Below are positions 27,705 through 42,801 of a DNA stretch of 64,000 nucleotides, in pieces (position 1 is the first letter of the stretch; each line of letters opens with the position of its first letter). This DNA comes from Amoeboaphelidium protococcarum X5 (taxonomy: Eukaryota > Fungi > Aphelidiomycota): NCBI GenBank assembly GCA_023515725.1, contig JALDTO010000181.1, positions 252,927 through 316,926 of the forward strand, in the 5' to 3' direction. Made by a program: the position numbers and the translations under genes. A model generated the notes under the pieces. That model was not told where the DNA came from. It searched no databases and was given only the letters and a program-made list of their open reading frames with translations.

Positions 27705-29570
27705 ATGAAGATCGAGGATGTCAATTTGTTGGTTGTTGGTGCTGGTGGAATTGGATGCGAATTGTTGAAGAATCTTGTACTTGCTGGCTTCCCTTAAATG
27801 ACTGTGGTGGATCTGGATACGATTGACTTGTCTAATTTGAACAGATAATTTCTATTTAGATATTATCATATAAAGTAGAGTAAATCTAAGGTGGCATGTG
27901 AGGCTGTGAAGGCCTTTGCTCATCCTTCTCTTCGGTCAAAATTGAATATCGAAGCTCTGCATGCGAACATTATAACTGATCCTCGATTTACCGTTGAATT
28001 TTTCTCCCAATTTGATATTATCATCAATGCTTTAGACAATCTGGAAGCGAGGAGTCATGTCAATAGAATGGCTGTTGTATGTAATAAGCCATTGATTGAA
28101 TCTGGTACAGCTGGTCTTAATGGATAGGCTACTGCGCACATTCCTGGAATCACACAGTGCTTTGACTGTGTTCCAAAGACTCCTGATACTAAATCTTTCG
28201 CTGTATGCACCATTAGAAGTACTCCAAGTCTTCCTATTCATTGTATTGTCTGGGCCAAGAGCTGGCTGTTTAATGTCCTGTTTGGAGAGTCATCCGAGTC
28301 TTAGGCTGCTGGAGGTGATGGTTTTAATAATGAAGATGATAACGCTGAGGAGTTGGTACAATTGTAACAGGAGTAACAAGAGTTGTCCCAGTTGAGATAG
28401 TTTCTTTTGTCTGAAGATGGTGTTTCTTCTTAGGAGGATGGTAAATTGATTGAACATCTTTACTCTTAGAGCGTATTTGACAAAATCTTTGATAAAGATG
28501 TCCGTAGAGTTGCCTCTGTTGACGAGATGTGGAAAAAACCTGGAAGAGTTAGACCGGTCCCATTGTCTGCTCAAGATCTTAAGACGGACAAAAATAATAT
28601 TGTTAGTAATACTAAAGCTGATAATACTAGCCGTGATGTCGATGATGAACATTCAGTGTGGTCTTTGTAAAGAAACTATGCCGTGTTCATTGAAAGTTGT
28701 TCCAAGTTGGCGCTTAGATTTAAAGACGACAATAGTGAAAGTTTAGATTTTGACAAGGATGATGAAGATGCAATGAGGTTTGTGACTGCTGCATCTAATC
28801 TGAGATCTCATATCTATCACATCAAGCCATAAAAGAGCTTGTTTGAAGCCAAGTAAATGGCTGGCAACATTATACCTGCCGTTGCATCTTCCAATGCAAT
28901 TGTAGCTGCTTTTCAGACCAGTATGGCTTTGAAGATTGCAGATAAACTTGAGAAGGGAGTGGGTTTGCAATAATGTTTGAAAAGCTTTATGTCCACTTCC
29001 GCAATTAAAAAGGTTTATTTGAGCTACGAAGGAAAGCACTGGTTATAGCCTGATCAACTTGAATCACCTGCAAAAGATTGCGCTGTTTGCAGTTCCCACA
29101 AGGTTCAGTATTAAATCCTGCAGTTGGATTGCCCAAACATCGAATTGAGTACGTTGGTCGAAGCTATGCGCAAGTCAATGGGTGGTAGTGACATTTCTAT
29201 CAGTACATCTGCTGGTTCTCTATTGTATGATGAAGATTTTGACGATAATCTGGAGAAGGCTTTGAAAGATTTCATGCCAAAGCAGAGTCAATAACTCGTG
29301 TTGAACATTCAAGATGATGATGAAATTTTTACTCCTCTCTAGCTCTTTGTCATTGATGGTGCTGGTGTTTAAGCTGATAAAATAGCGTTTAGTCCGTTGC
29401 TCAAAAGGCCTTTCGTCGTGTCCAATAAACGCCGCCGTTCAGGCAGCGACGAAGATGAAGCACCTCAAGGGGATGGTTCCAATGTTGAGAGCTCTGGTTC
29501 ACATCAATAAAAGAAGGCGAAAGTTGAAATCGTTATTGACGATAGCGATGCTATAGTATTTGACGAGTGA
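27705..29570 (+). CDS. UBA2: SUMO-activating enzyme subunit 2
   Basis: [28 protein letters not shown], catalytic [23 protein letters not shown]. Confidence 0.95.
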
Positions 29571-29949
29571 AGTTGCCGTTGTAATTCAATGTACTAGCTT
29601 ACTGTATATGATTCTCATGGATAGCGAAATGGTTTTGCATGCTCTGTCTGAAACGAACGCGCGCGCTCAAGCGAGCGAGCCGATGTTTTCAGCGACTCTC
29701 GCGATAGTTTCAGATCTTGAATCAATTATTTACGGCCTATCTTAATGACTTTATCATGTAATCCACATAATATTTACATCAGCATAAAGCTTACATTCTG
29801 AAACGCTCCATAATGAAATAGCCATGTAAATCGAACCAGATCTGGCCGAGTTGACTCCAGAGGCCTCAATTATTCAAAGGCGAGGCCTCGTTTCACAAGT
29901 CCGCGATTGAGTAAACAATGAGATTTCACAACTCCACAATTCTCACATC

Positions 29950-29950
<1 letters not shown>

Positions 29951-29980
<30 letters not shown>

Positions 29981-30008
29981 CTTCTTCTTCTTCTTCTTCT
30001 TCTTCTTC
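29951..30008. repeat. (CTT/GAA)n microsatellite, about 19 units
   Basis: Uninterrupted trinucleotide run. Confidence 0.97.
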
Positions 30009-30700
30009 AAACAACTCTTGCTAGATAATACAATCCAACATTATCATACTCTGATAGTTGGTATCTACTGGTCTATCTTTTCTCTGGTATGTTTCTCTCT
30101 CATTGCAACTCTGCTACTACTGTTGTATTCTCAAGCTTCTACTGAGTCCTCTCTGAAACTGTTCTGCATTACCTTCATGACTCTGTTTGAACTGCTCCGG
30201 TCTTGAACTGCTACAAATTCTAGCTTACTATATGGATCTACTTCTGGTTGCTTCACTTTCTTTGGCTTGACTGTATCGCTGCTGTCTCTTCCATCCACCT
30301 CTAAGTCTGCGGTAAGCTTGTTGTTTCAGTCCCGCCTCTATCTGCTTATGTCTTTGGCTTGATGTACTGCATCTACTGTATGCTGCTTAATCCTTTAACA
30401 ATGGTCCAATTGCTGTGCTTACTCGGTACGCTTATCTTTCAGTTATCACTTTTTGTAGTGTTCTTTCATTACAGGTGATATGTGTATCACAGTGCGTAAG
30501 ATGTCTGCTCTATGTTCTCCAGTTATAGGACTCTATGATCTGATAATACCTCGTTCTCCTTGCTGATTATGGTTGTGTCGCAAGTCTTAGTTCCTTTGTA
30601 ACATCTTAATGATGTCACAATGTCCCTCTTGCTCTCTGCCGTTGTATGTCGGTTCCCTGATCTGATCTCTATGATACCTTAGAGTAAAGTCGCTACTCTA
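29951..30700 (-). mobile_element. Decayed non-LTR retrotransposon-like fragment ending in (GAA)n
   Basis: Purine-rich minus strand with broken frames containing REPTYNGREQEGHCDII and VLSDHRVL (like APE-endonuclease C-terminal motifs); scattered TGA stops. Confidence 0.4.
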
Positions 30701-30726
30701 AGAAGTTTGCAACAAAGACGACGACA

Positions 30727-30854
30727 GCACGATTACTAAAGGTGCATAAAAAATATATAAAAAAGAACTAGATTAGCACGATAACTTACGGTGTCTAATT
30801 AAAGTAGCAAGACTTAAGTCTCTACTAGCACGATAATCTGCGGTGCATAAAAAA
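30727..30854. promoter_or_regulatory. Three spaced GCACGAT-N7-GGTGY boxes (GCAC-N11-GTGY palindromes)
   Basis: Copies start at 30727, 30776 and 30828; copies 1 and 3 continue as GGTGCATAAAAAAT. Confidence 0.55.
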
Positions 30855-30863
30855 TCTGGCCAA

Positions 30864-31105
30864 ATGGACCTTAATGGTACCATTTCCCACAACAAATGGG
30901 AGCGACTGGGCCCGAGCTGACTGCATGGTGAAACCTCGAATCTGTTACTCTTCACTGACCGTCTCAATGTTTTAGGCTAGTAAGTGGGACTGTCGCCGGG
31001 TAAGGGGAGCGTTCAGTTAAATTCACTGTTCGTAAAACCTTCTGGCCCAGAGATGACAGGTGGATCCCTGGTAGCAGTTCGGGTCTGGGTAGTGCCTTTG
31101 CACTA
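30864..31105 (+). ncRNA. Candidate structured non-coding RNA of unknown family
   Basis: 30906-30919 pairs with 31075-31088 over 14 bp including G-U pairs; nested stems; flanking hairpins; GC-rich intergenic island. Confidence 0.55.
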
Positions 31106-31276
31106 TTTAATACTTAATGGAATGATTTTATATATTGTACTTCATTCCAAATATTCTTCTATGCTTGTGTCTTTCTCTTTCTTTACTTGTTGTAACTTGA
31201 GTAGTCGCTTGGTTGTGAATAGCATCTTTTTCATCAATCGTTTATACCTTTTCAAACAACTACGAGATTGATTGTC

Positions 31277-32794
31277 ATGCTTCGTCAGATTGTAGCGCGT
31301 CACAGGTCGCGTGTATCACTAAGAAATGTAGATAATGCTTTAAATACAGTAAACCTCAAGTAGAATTACTCAGTTGCATCCTTCCGTAGTCTGAATTTAG
31401 ATCCTGCGATATTGGCCACTTTAGCCACAAATGATATTCTGATACCAACTGAAATTTAGTCAAAATGCATCGGTCCGCTGCTGAATAAGGAGAATGCTAT
31501 CGTATTGGCTGAATGTGGCAGTGGAAAGACACTAGCAGTCTTACTACCTCTTTTATAGAATTTACTTTAATTAAAGGGAGTTTCATTAGCTGGGGACAAG
31601 TATCAGATGCGATCTCTATTCATATCTCCGAATAATTAGTTGGCGCGTCAAGTCGCTGGTGTTGTTAATAAATTTGCTCCTGCTCTTGGGCTTAGTAGTA
31701 AGCTTTTAATTAATGAGGACTTTGAAGACTCTGGTAGTTTATATCTGCCAACTTAAACTGATTTAGTCATTTCTACATTTTAGACGCTTCACACGGTGTA
31801 ACACTTGCATAAATAGCTCTTCTCTCAACTTCAGCACCTGGTAGTGGACGAAGTAGATTTAATGTTTGGTGATGGCGAACGTTCGAAATCATATAGTCCG
31901 GTGACAACGTTCAGCAATATTCTGAAGTTCTCAAAATAATAATCATAGAATCGTGGCTAATCTAATCTGTAATGCATATTCGCGTGTGCGACTCTTCCTA
32001 AAAGATTGGTGTCTGCTGACTCAATAGTATCATCAAAGATTCGCGATGTTAAAATCATTAGTAGTTCCAATTATCACCGATTTCCTTCGTCACTTAGGCA
32101 GGAGTTTATTTAAATATCCTCGTCTTAATCTGATGGATCCGCTGATGTTCAATTCAACTCTGCTGAGGTATTTCAGCTCAAAATCAAGGAGCTCATGAAT
32201 ATCATACGCGAAAATGCCACCGGATAAAAAATGCTGGTATTCTGTAACTCTGTAAGTTAAGTGGACAAAGTTCATTAATAGCTCGGCGTAAAGTTGTAAG
32301 AATCACCAGCGTTGGCTAATATTACCGTGGATCGAATACACTCCAGGATTCAAAAAAGTTAAAAGTCTACTGTACTTTAGCGCTTTGTGGATTCTCTCGT
32401 GAAAGAGACTAGTCCAAGTTAGATTATCGTCACTGGAGACGTGCTATCTCGCGGTGTGGACTTTGATAAGTAGATTAGTAAAGTGGTGCAATTCGATTTT
32501 GCTACCAATGCCATTAATTACATGCATAGAGCAGGGAGAACTGCGCGCGCCAACAGGGAAGGAGAGCTGATTAGCTTCGTTACTGATGATGACAAGAATC
32601 TAGCTAAGTTTGTCATGGCTTATGTTGATTAGTAATAATAGAAAACATCAAGCGGTGAAAAGCCTCAACCAGCAGTAGATGAAAGTGCTGACAATTACAG
32701 AGGATTTGAAAAACTGTTCAGCCGAAAGAGATCATTAAGAGATAGTGTCAAGAGAAAAGAGAAGAAAGCTTTGATTACAGATATAACTGCATGA
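31277..32794 (+). CDS. DEAD-box RNA helicase, mitochondrial Mrh4/DDX28-like
   Basis: Arg-rich presequence; PTEIQ, AECGSGKT, DEVD, SRGVDF, YMHRAGRTAR; C-terminal LFSRKRSLR. Confidence 0.85.
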
Positions 32795-32846
32795 ATTGAG
32801 ATAATAAATACTTTATAGATCAGATTCCATATTGAATTATGCTTTC

Positions 32847-33755
32847 TCAGAATTCATGACGCGCCTATCCAACTAAAGAGTCTGAGAATGACTATTACAT
32901 CTTTTTCTGCTAATTCTTCCTCTTATTCTACCGTTTGATGCTCTGCTCTTATTCATCATCGGAAAATTCAGCTTCGTTCGCGCCAACTTCTTCATCGTAA
33001 AGATTACTCGCATCAGATCCTTTAATCTGCTTCAACTGTTCTGTCATTATCGGCTTCACGTTATCAGGACAGGAGTAAACCATAGCGCCAACTACGCATC
33101 TCCCAAGATCAAAATCTGCAGTAGTATTGAACTTAATAGAGTACAGCGGCTATGTGATGGGTCCAAATGTATCAAAGATGAGGCCGAGAACAGTGCGATC
33201 AGCAAACGCCAACAATGTTCCCTCATCAAGTGGCAACTGACCACTTAGGCCATCCATCGCACGCCCCTGAACCACCACTGTATCATCAACCACGGCGAGG
33301 ATCTAGCCCACGGGATATAGCAAGTAATTTTGCGGTAACTGTTTTATTGGCAGAGGCGGTATTTCAATTTTGTCAACTTCATGACGCGTCCTGGGTATAA
33401 ATTTTGCATCTGGAGAGTCCTCATCATCCATCTCACCTGAATTAATGATCGCATTTCTGCCATGAGATGCGCCATCGCCAACTACTTGACCTTCTTCGAG
33501 AATTACATCTTGTTCATCATCATCATCATCGGATATAGAGATATCACTTTCGCTATCATCTATAACAGTAGCATTCGGTAAATGTTTACTTATCAACTGA
33601 TCAAGACTCTTCTTTGACTGCAAGTAGGAGGCCAGTGATATCCTCTACGCATCCTTATTCACTTCTTCAATCTTTGGAGCAGCAGAAGCGATTTCTCTAC
33701 TCTCATGAAGATTTATTTAATCTATCAATTACTACGCAATAAACTAAAGATCCAT
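32847..33755 (-). CDS. NAF1: H/ACA snoRNP assembly factor Naf1
   Basis: PRTRHE, IFDTFGPITQPLYSIKF, KGSDASNLYDEEV..EFSDDEQE. Confidence 0.92.
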
Positions 33756-33977
33756 TCTTATTAACTTTTATCAATAACTGCTCAATGGACAATTAAAACT
33801 AAATTTTTTGACACGATTTCGCACAAGATCAGGAGGCAAAGCATTTACTGGAATTTCAGTCCATACAGACCCTGAAAGTAAAATTTTAATATAAATATGA
33901 TATTCAGAGGTAAAGAAGATATGATAATGAACAATTATGAGTGCTGACTACAAAATCATCTATTAGTTCAAAATTCT

Positions 33978-35555
33978 TCATGATCTGAGCAATGACACCG
34001 CCTTCATAAATTCACCAATGTTGTTCTCGTACTCGGTTAGATCTTCACCACAATATCGCTGCATTAAAGATAGAAGATCTGATTGAACTGATTACTTTCT
34101 TTAGACCAGACTCTGCAATTTGTCATTGGCTGTCAATATATGGGATTGAACCAAGTAATTTATGGTTTAATCATTCAAATTATCCGATACAAACTTGAGA
34201 CTATCAATACCATCCTAAAGTTGCTCCACTTGAGATGAAAACTTTAAACTCTTGATTCCCTGACACTTGAGGAGAACATCTAGTTACTTGACTTTATCCA
34301 TAGCCAGAGGATTGACTTATTTAACTACTACAATTAAAATATCAAACAGTGAGAGGCGCTTATTATTTGCTCTAATGTCTTTGAGTTTATGCACATCAGT
34401 CAGTCGCACAATAGAGTCTGTGGCAACCAGGGAGGCGACACGTCCATCGTTCATCTTCAAAATCAACTTGGACGCAGCGGACACAATGAGATCCAAGTCC
34501 ATTTACAGTGATAAAATAACATCAATTGCCTTTTAAATACCATCCAGTTAAGTGAAACACTCGGCGGACAACTCTTGATAGCTGTGAATAAACTTTATCG
34601 CTTCCAATCTCTCTTTAAACTGCCCAGTGTGAATAGCAAAGTACAAAAACTGCTCAGGAACATTCAAACCATCCAGGCCAACATTCTACAATTACTTGAA
34701 CTCCAAATCTGTGGGCATATACTTTAGGAGGAGTGATGCAGATCTCTGATCAATCTTTGAGCAATCCAAATCACTCACAGCATCACGAATCAGAGATGGA
34801 CTTAATCGCAACTATCGTAAAGTCAAGTCAATGGTGTGACTTCTCCTACCATTTATAATAGATTTACGCGGCAAGGTCAGAGGTGAATGGCCATCAGCGC
34901 CATCTTCAAATCCAGAATCTCGTCTCTCACTACCGAATGCACTATCAGCTGTTAGCGTAGAGTCTTAACTCTGAGCAGACAATAGAGGAGACAGCTGTGA
35001 TTTAAGAGCGAAGTTTTAATCCAGTTATTCAATTGCACTTTACGGTAGATCAATAGAGTTTAGCGATAGTGAAGAGGAAGGCTTCACCAGCGGTATAGGA
35101 CACAACTTATACTTTGGCTTCAAAGCATTCATATTCAATAACAGCGGAGGCATCGGTGGCGCTTTAGGAGGAGGCACAGGTACACAGGATTATTCATCTG
35201 GATGCATATTATTCAAACTATTAGACGCTGATGTATTCTACGTGCAAGAATCTTTCTAATCCTACACTGCAGCATCAGTCTACGTTCCTATTGTATTAAG
35301 TCCGACATTCAAAGTCTGAGTCTCGCTGTCAACGCCATCAATCGGAGAATCAGTTTAGGTGCAGCATTATGAGGTGAACATCATCTTCCCACGAACATCC
35401 TCCTTATCTTCAGTGCAAATACTCTATTAGCCACAACGATCAATTCCAGTCTGATTTTCACCAACAGGCTTGTATACGCCATAATACACTCCACTGATCA
35501 GAATAGAAAAACCAAATATGTTGGACAGGAAATCAAAAATACTCATGCCAGCCAT
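33978..35555 (-). CDS. Atypical formin: N-terminal TM anchor, TQT motifs, short FH1, degenerate FH2
   Basis: VPPPKAPPMPP; KPKYKL; RRSHTIDLTL; LLKYMPT..E; VPEQFL; KLKDIR..LSLFD. Confidence 0.7.
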
Positions 35556-36126
35556 ATCCAAATATTATTCTACGACGTTTTATCAAGTTAAGCGAAGACT
35601 GTGTATCAATCTAGATTACACTACGGTACTTCAATAAGAGAACAATCTGAGCAACAATTAGAGAGAGAGAGAGACAAAGTGAAATCAGATTTGGAACGGT
35701 CGGCCGCGGTCGTGAAGATGAAACGATTACAGTACAGTTCAGTGATTGAATGGTTGCCAGGATATTAAAGTTATTACCCACACATCCCATAATAATACAC
35801 TTGAATACATTGCCAGACAACCTTGATTGTTGATAGATTTATGATCTTTTTCTCTATTATACTTCCAGTGTACTTGAACCTCATAGCATCGCAATATTTT
35901 GACTCGCGCGTTGAAAGGCTAAATAAATCGCGCCAAGATTATGAATTTCTTAAAGCTCCATATATTATACAGATTTAGAGACAACTTAGTTTGAGAGATG
36001 GCACACTCTAAGAGATCTAAATAATCGTTGCTTTGAATACCATTCACAAACTCACAAGATGATTGAAGACTTAAGGTGTAAAAACGGTATATTTGACCAT
36101 AGAATTAATATATACACGTAGCATGA

Positions 36127-36484
36127 TCATAACTGAGTAACATCTTGAACCACTATCATTAGAAAGGCATCATCTACAAAATATTCAAGTATAGCCCCTT
36201 AGACCAAGATATGATATGGGTGAATAAAACTTACCACGAGTTACTACAACCTCATGCATATTAGAACGAACGCGTATGAATTTCAAAGCATCAGAATGAT
36301 TCAGCTCTGTGACTGAAGATGAGGCATTTCCACATAGTGCAGAATACCGCTGAGCATACTTCAGGCCGGCATCCTAATCTTGAAAAGTGTTCTCCACAAC
36401 AGCGTTATCCACAGCGGACAACACCACCACACCGAGCACGCCCTTCTTGTTAGATAATCGGCTCACGATCGCGGCCGAATCCAT
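36127..36484 (-). CDS. DYNLRB: Dynein light chain Roadblock/LC7; intron 36174-36234
   Basis: RLSNKKGVLGVVV, DALKFIRVRSNMHEVVV, FLMIVVQ. Confidence 0.9.
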
Positions 36485-36654
36485 TTAAAGTTTCTACTGT
36501 TTCTATTTGTTGATGAATTCTTATTTCAAAGTTGAATATTTATCAATAAAATAAATAATCTCGCCGAATTGTTTCTTCTTCTTTTAACCCATTTATTGTT
36601 TAGATCGATATAGAGCTAGATTTTAATATCTTTACATTACACATCAGAAGTATT

Positions 36655-38928
<2,274 letters not shown>

Positions 38929-39302
38929 TCATCAAAACTATGATTATAAATGCTTCCTAAAATTATATAATTTCCTATTATAAAAATGATCTTATCGCGT
39001 ATCTATTTACATTGACACTCTCACGCTCACTGTGTACAGTAAATTAATCAAACGCATTTCTCATTTTCTTCACTTCTCTAACGCCAAGTAAATTCTATGC
39101 GCATCTGTAGGAATTCAGTTGCTTTCCAATCACAGCCGTGCCATTTAAAGAGAAGTCTCTCTCTCTCTCTCTCTTCGTCGTTCAGCAGTCTCTCGCTCTT
39201 TCCATTTGCGCGATCTTTCCTTCGACGAGCTCAACCTTTTTTACTCCCTCAAGTCTTCATCACTCACTCAAGTAAAGAGCAAATCGTAATTGGAATATTA
39301 TT

Positions 39303-40340
39303 ATGTTGGGGGGATTAAGTAGAAGCGGATTAGTTGGTGCTGCTTCGTTGCAAAGGTGGGATTTATAGTTTAAGACTGAACATGGAATTTATATATTATC
39401 AACATGATGATCGTTCTGTAATGTAGAACTAGCAGTCTGACTGTGTTGAACTAATAGCGCGGAATGGCCACCTTGAAAGAACGTAATATTATCATTTCAG
39501 CATAATTCTTATAACTTATAATTTACCATGATGATATGAAGTATATGTGTAGTCTAGATGCGTTTAAAGGCTATTAAGAATATTGGAAAGATTACCAAGT
39601 CCATGAAGATGATTGCGTCCACCAAGTTATCTCGCGCTCAGCGTTCTATGGAGGTGGCTCGCGTGTATGGCGAGTGTTCAACCAGCGCATTCAAGCATAT
39701 GGAACTGAAGGAGCTAGAGAACGCAAAGACTCTGGTTATTGCTGCTACTTCTGATCGTGGTCTGTGTGGTGCCATCCACTCGACCGTGTCCAAGCCGGTG
39801 AAGGCTCTGTTGAAGAAGAACCCTGAGCAGTAGGTGTTCGTCATTGGTGATAAGCCGCGCATGTAGATTGTGAGGGAGAGCAAGACTGCCATAGTCATGT
39901 CTGCCAACGGTATCGGTAAGAATATTCCAACTTTTGCTGAGGCTGCTGCTCTGGTGGATGTTCTGCTGTCGAACGAGAATGTTAAATTCGACTTTGCCAA
40001 GATCTACTATAACACTTTCAAGAGTGCCATCTCCTATGAGTGTATCCCAAAGCCTGTCTACTCGCCTGACACCATCATAAATGCTGAGAAGTTGTCCCAG
40101 TTTGAGATTGAAGATGATGTGCTGAAGAACTATGCCGAGTTCTCAATGGCCAATGCTCTTTTCCAGGCTTTGGCTGAGGGACACGCTTCTGAGATGGCAG
40201 CACGTCGTACAGCTATGGAGAATGCCACTAAGAATGCCGGTGAGATTATCGACAAGTTGACCATGACTTATAACCGTTCTCGTCAGGCTGCTATTACGAA
40301 CGATTTGGTGGATATTATCACTGGTGCTTCTGCTCTGTGA
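39303..40340 (+). CDS. ATP3: Mitochondrial ATP synthase gamma subunit; introns 39356-39426 and 39483-39552
   Basis: MATLKE/LQMRLKAIKNIGKITKSMKMIA, SDRGLCG, RQAAITNDLVDIITGA. Confidence 0.96.
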
Positions 40341-40461
40341 TCTTATTAACACTCTGGCCACTGCTGCTGCTGCTGAGTAATCGTTACTTTAAATGAACAA
40401 GGGATTAAAAATACACTTACATTTAATCAAAAGTTATTCTATTATGATGATTTTAAATAGT

Positions 40462-41610
40462 TCAACTCTTACTAATGGTAGTAGCCTTTCTATAGCGGCT
40501 ATATTTACTAGCTAAACTCTTCAACTCTTCCTACACTATCATTTCATCGTATATTCTTGTAAATTATAACAGCATACAAATGTAAACTTACCACTGAGAG
40601 GTCTTGATCATTGATGTAATACATAACTTGCTGTAATGAATCCGCTGATTTAGTGGCGGGTTTAGATTCTTACACTGAGGTTGATTACGCGTCAGATTGC
40701 TATAAAGTGGCAACACTTTTCTGATCAACAGCCACTGTATATGGTAGTTATATACCTGAACCTACATGTTCATTCAAAGACACCGACTACTATTGTGTAT
40801 GGATATCAGTATATACCGGAGATTAAAGAGTAGGAGGTGCAAAATATTAAGGTGATACCACGTTCCCCTCCACTGAACTTGCCACTTGGTGTTGTGTATA
40901 AACGTTGGGATCTTACGCGTACAAGTATTATTACGCACCATTGGTTTCATTTATAGACGTACCTTGTACACTTTCAAACGAGGAATATTATTGACCACCG
41001 AGTGTATGAGCCTACTATTACTATAACGCTGGTTAAAATTACTACAGCTAATGTTATTGTTAATGATGATGATGGTACATTGAATAGCCTACATACGCGT
41101 TAGCATACGGATCAACATAGCTACCAACCAGATAAGCCGCGCCCATTGAGTAATCTGGCTAAAACTGCTATTACTACTATTATTACTGTTGATAAGTTTA
41201 GTACAGTTAATGCTGTTATTAAGAATTACTGCCAGAAGATTCAGAGTATCGCCGCTTAAACAGAGCCAAATCTTGAGGCGGAATCCCATCCATACCAATC
41301 ACCTGTACATCCAGCGAGTCTCGCCCGTCCATAGCATTCGGTACTCTATCAATAATCTCCTTGTGCACCTGTTCCAAATGTCGCACCATTCCCTGAGTGC
41401 TGTGCAGTCTCTTATTACAAATTGAGCACTTGAAATGCTTGGCCTTCTAATGATCTATGAGGACTTTTTCATCATCAAATTCTCTATCGCAGTACCTACA
41501 CATACAGAGACACTCTCAAATCATAATATATATAGATGCAAGATAACGCTTCAATTGCACACTTACCAGCACCACTATTTCGCTTATTGTCTCTTTTACT
41601 TCTTTCCCAT
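40462..41610 (-). CDS. ZNF207: BuGZ/ZNF207 zinc-finger protein; introns 41496-41566 and 40531-40591
   Basis: WCWYCDREFDDEKVLIDHQKAKHFKC..VPNA..GMDGIP; Q-rich middle; C-terminal DQDLSVEELKS. Confidence 0.9.
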
Positions 41611-41849
41611 TTGCTACTATCTATTAAATGAGCGAGCGCAATACTACTCAATTAAAATCTAATCAGATGATATCTTTTAATGAATATCGGCTGTAAAAGA
41701 AGAGATGAAGAGACAATGCTCCTTGTTATAAAGTCGCGCGAAATACTTTTAACTTGGGAGTTAGATACAAACGTAACTTAATCCAACGAGCAAATTATAT
41801 TTAATTAATTCAATGCCAAGTTTCTACTTCAACCGTCCCATGGTATTAA

Positions 41850-42320
41850 TCAAAAGTGCGCCTTGTAGTCACGAGGTCTTCTGTTTCTAATCTGAATGCC
41901 CTTGACCGCGTTTGTAAATAGACTTACACCACCCAGACTAGCCAACACGGCACTATAGGGCTCCTTCAGACGGTAAGCTTGGGGTGTTTTAGCCACAACC
42001 AGAACAGCTGAAGTCAGAGCTCCGATATCATAAGCCAGGCGATCTTGTCCAGCCTTGAGATACTATGCGGCGGCGAGGTAACCAATACTGCACAGAGCAC
42101 TAATCATAGAGGCTTGAGGATTACGCAGTCTAGTATAAGCATATGCGGAACCCAGAGCACATGCAACGCTTAAAGTGTAATGAGGCACGGGATCAACCAA
42201 GCTTGATGTTCTAGCCACGTCTGCTGCACCTCTTTCAGCCTTCTCCTTCGTGTAATCTTTGGCTTCTGTAGCCAGAACTTTAGCCTAATCCATTCTTTAT
42301 TAAGTTTCTGGTTGTACCAT
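41850..42320 (-). CDS. Small multi-pass membrane protein (TMEM14-like)
   Basis: 156-codon frame with about four Ala/Gly-rich hydrophobic segments. Confidence 0.6.
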
Positions 42321-42801
42321 TTTATTATTTCGTGATATTGATCTGGTTAACTATGATACTGAATGTCAAGATTGAAATAAAAGACGAATATTGTCGGACC
42401 AAGTATATTGGGAGTCTCTTTCTGACACGTTCAAAAGTGCGTCATATTTGCGTCGATTAGATGATATAAATGTCAGTGGGACGGTTGAATCGCACAATGA
42501 CTCAATTTGGTCAAATATTCAAATGTACACCATTCCATAACATTGAAATGGATCTATAAAACTGAAAATATGTACTTTTCTTATATGAAATAAAATGTCT
42601 TCATTCATTATGAGAAATGTATTTATCTCTATATACACTACACGCTTTTATATTGAGAGCAATGCTTGTTGTGGGAACGCGATCATCTTCAATAATTATC
42701 GCTCGCGTTTAAGCTTTCTTCTACCATATGCATTATTACTAACAGTGATTGTTTTCACCCATTATTTAACCAATAGAAATCTAAATATTCATTTTGAAAC
42801 A

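Noticed and set aside
30727-30854. CRISPR-like array
   Set aside because: Only three degenerate repeats, eukaryotic context and no cas genes
30864-31105. Assignment as SRP RNA, RNase P/MRP, hammerhead/HDV ribozyme or a TTAGGG-templating telomerase RNA
   Set aside because: No paired helix-8 GNRA motif, no convincing CR-I/CR-V, no CUGANGA core and no CUAACCCU template found by eye
33978-36484. Functional cluster of the TQT-formin and a dynein light chain
   Set aside because: The neighbour is Roadblock/LC7, whereas TQT motifs bind LC8; adjacency is likely coincidental
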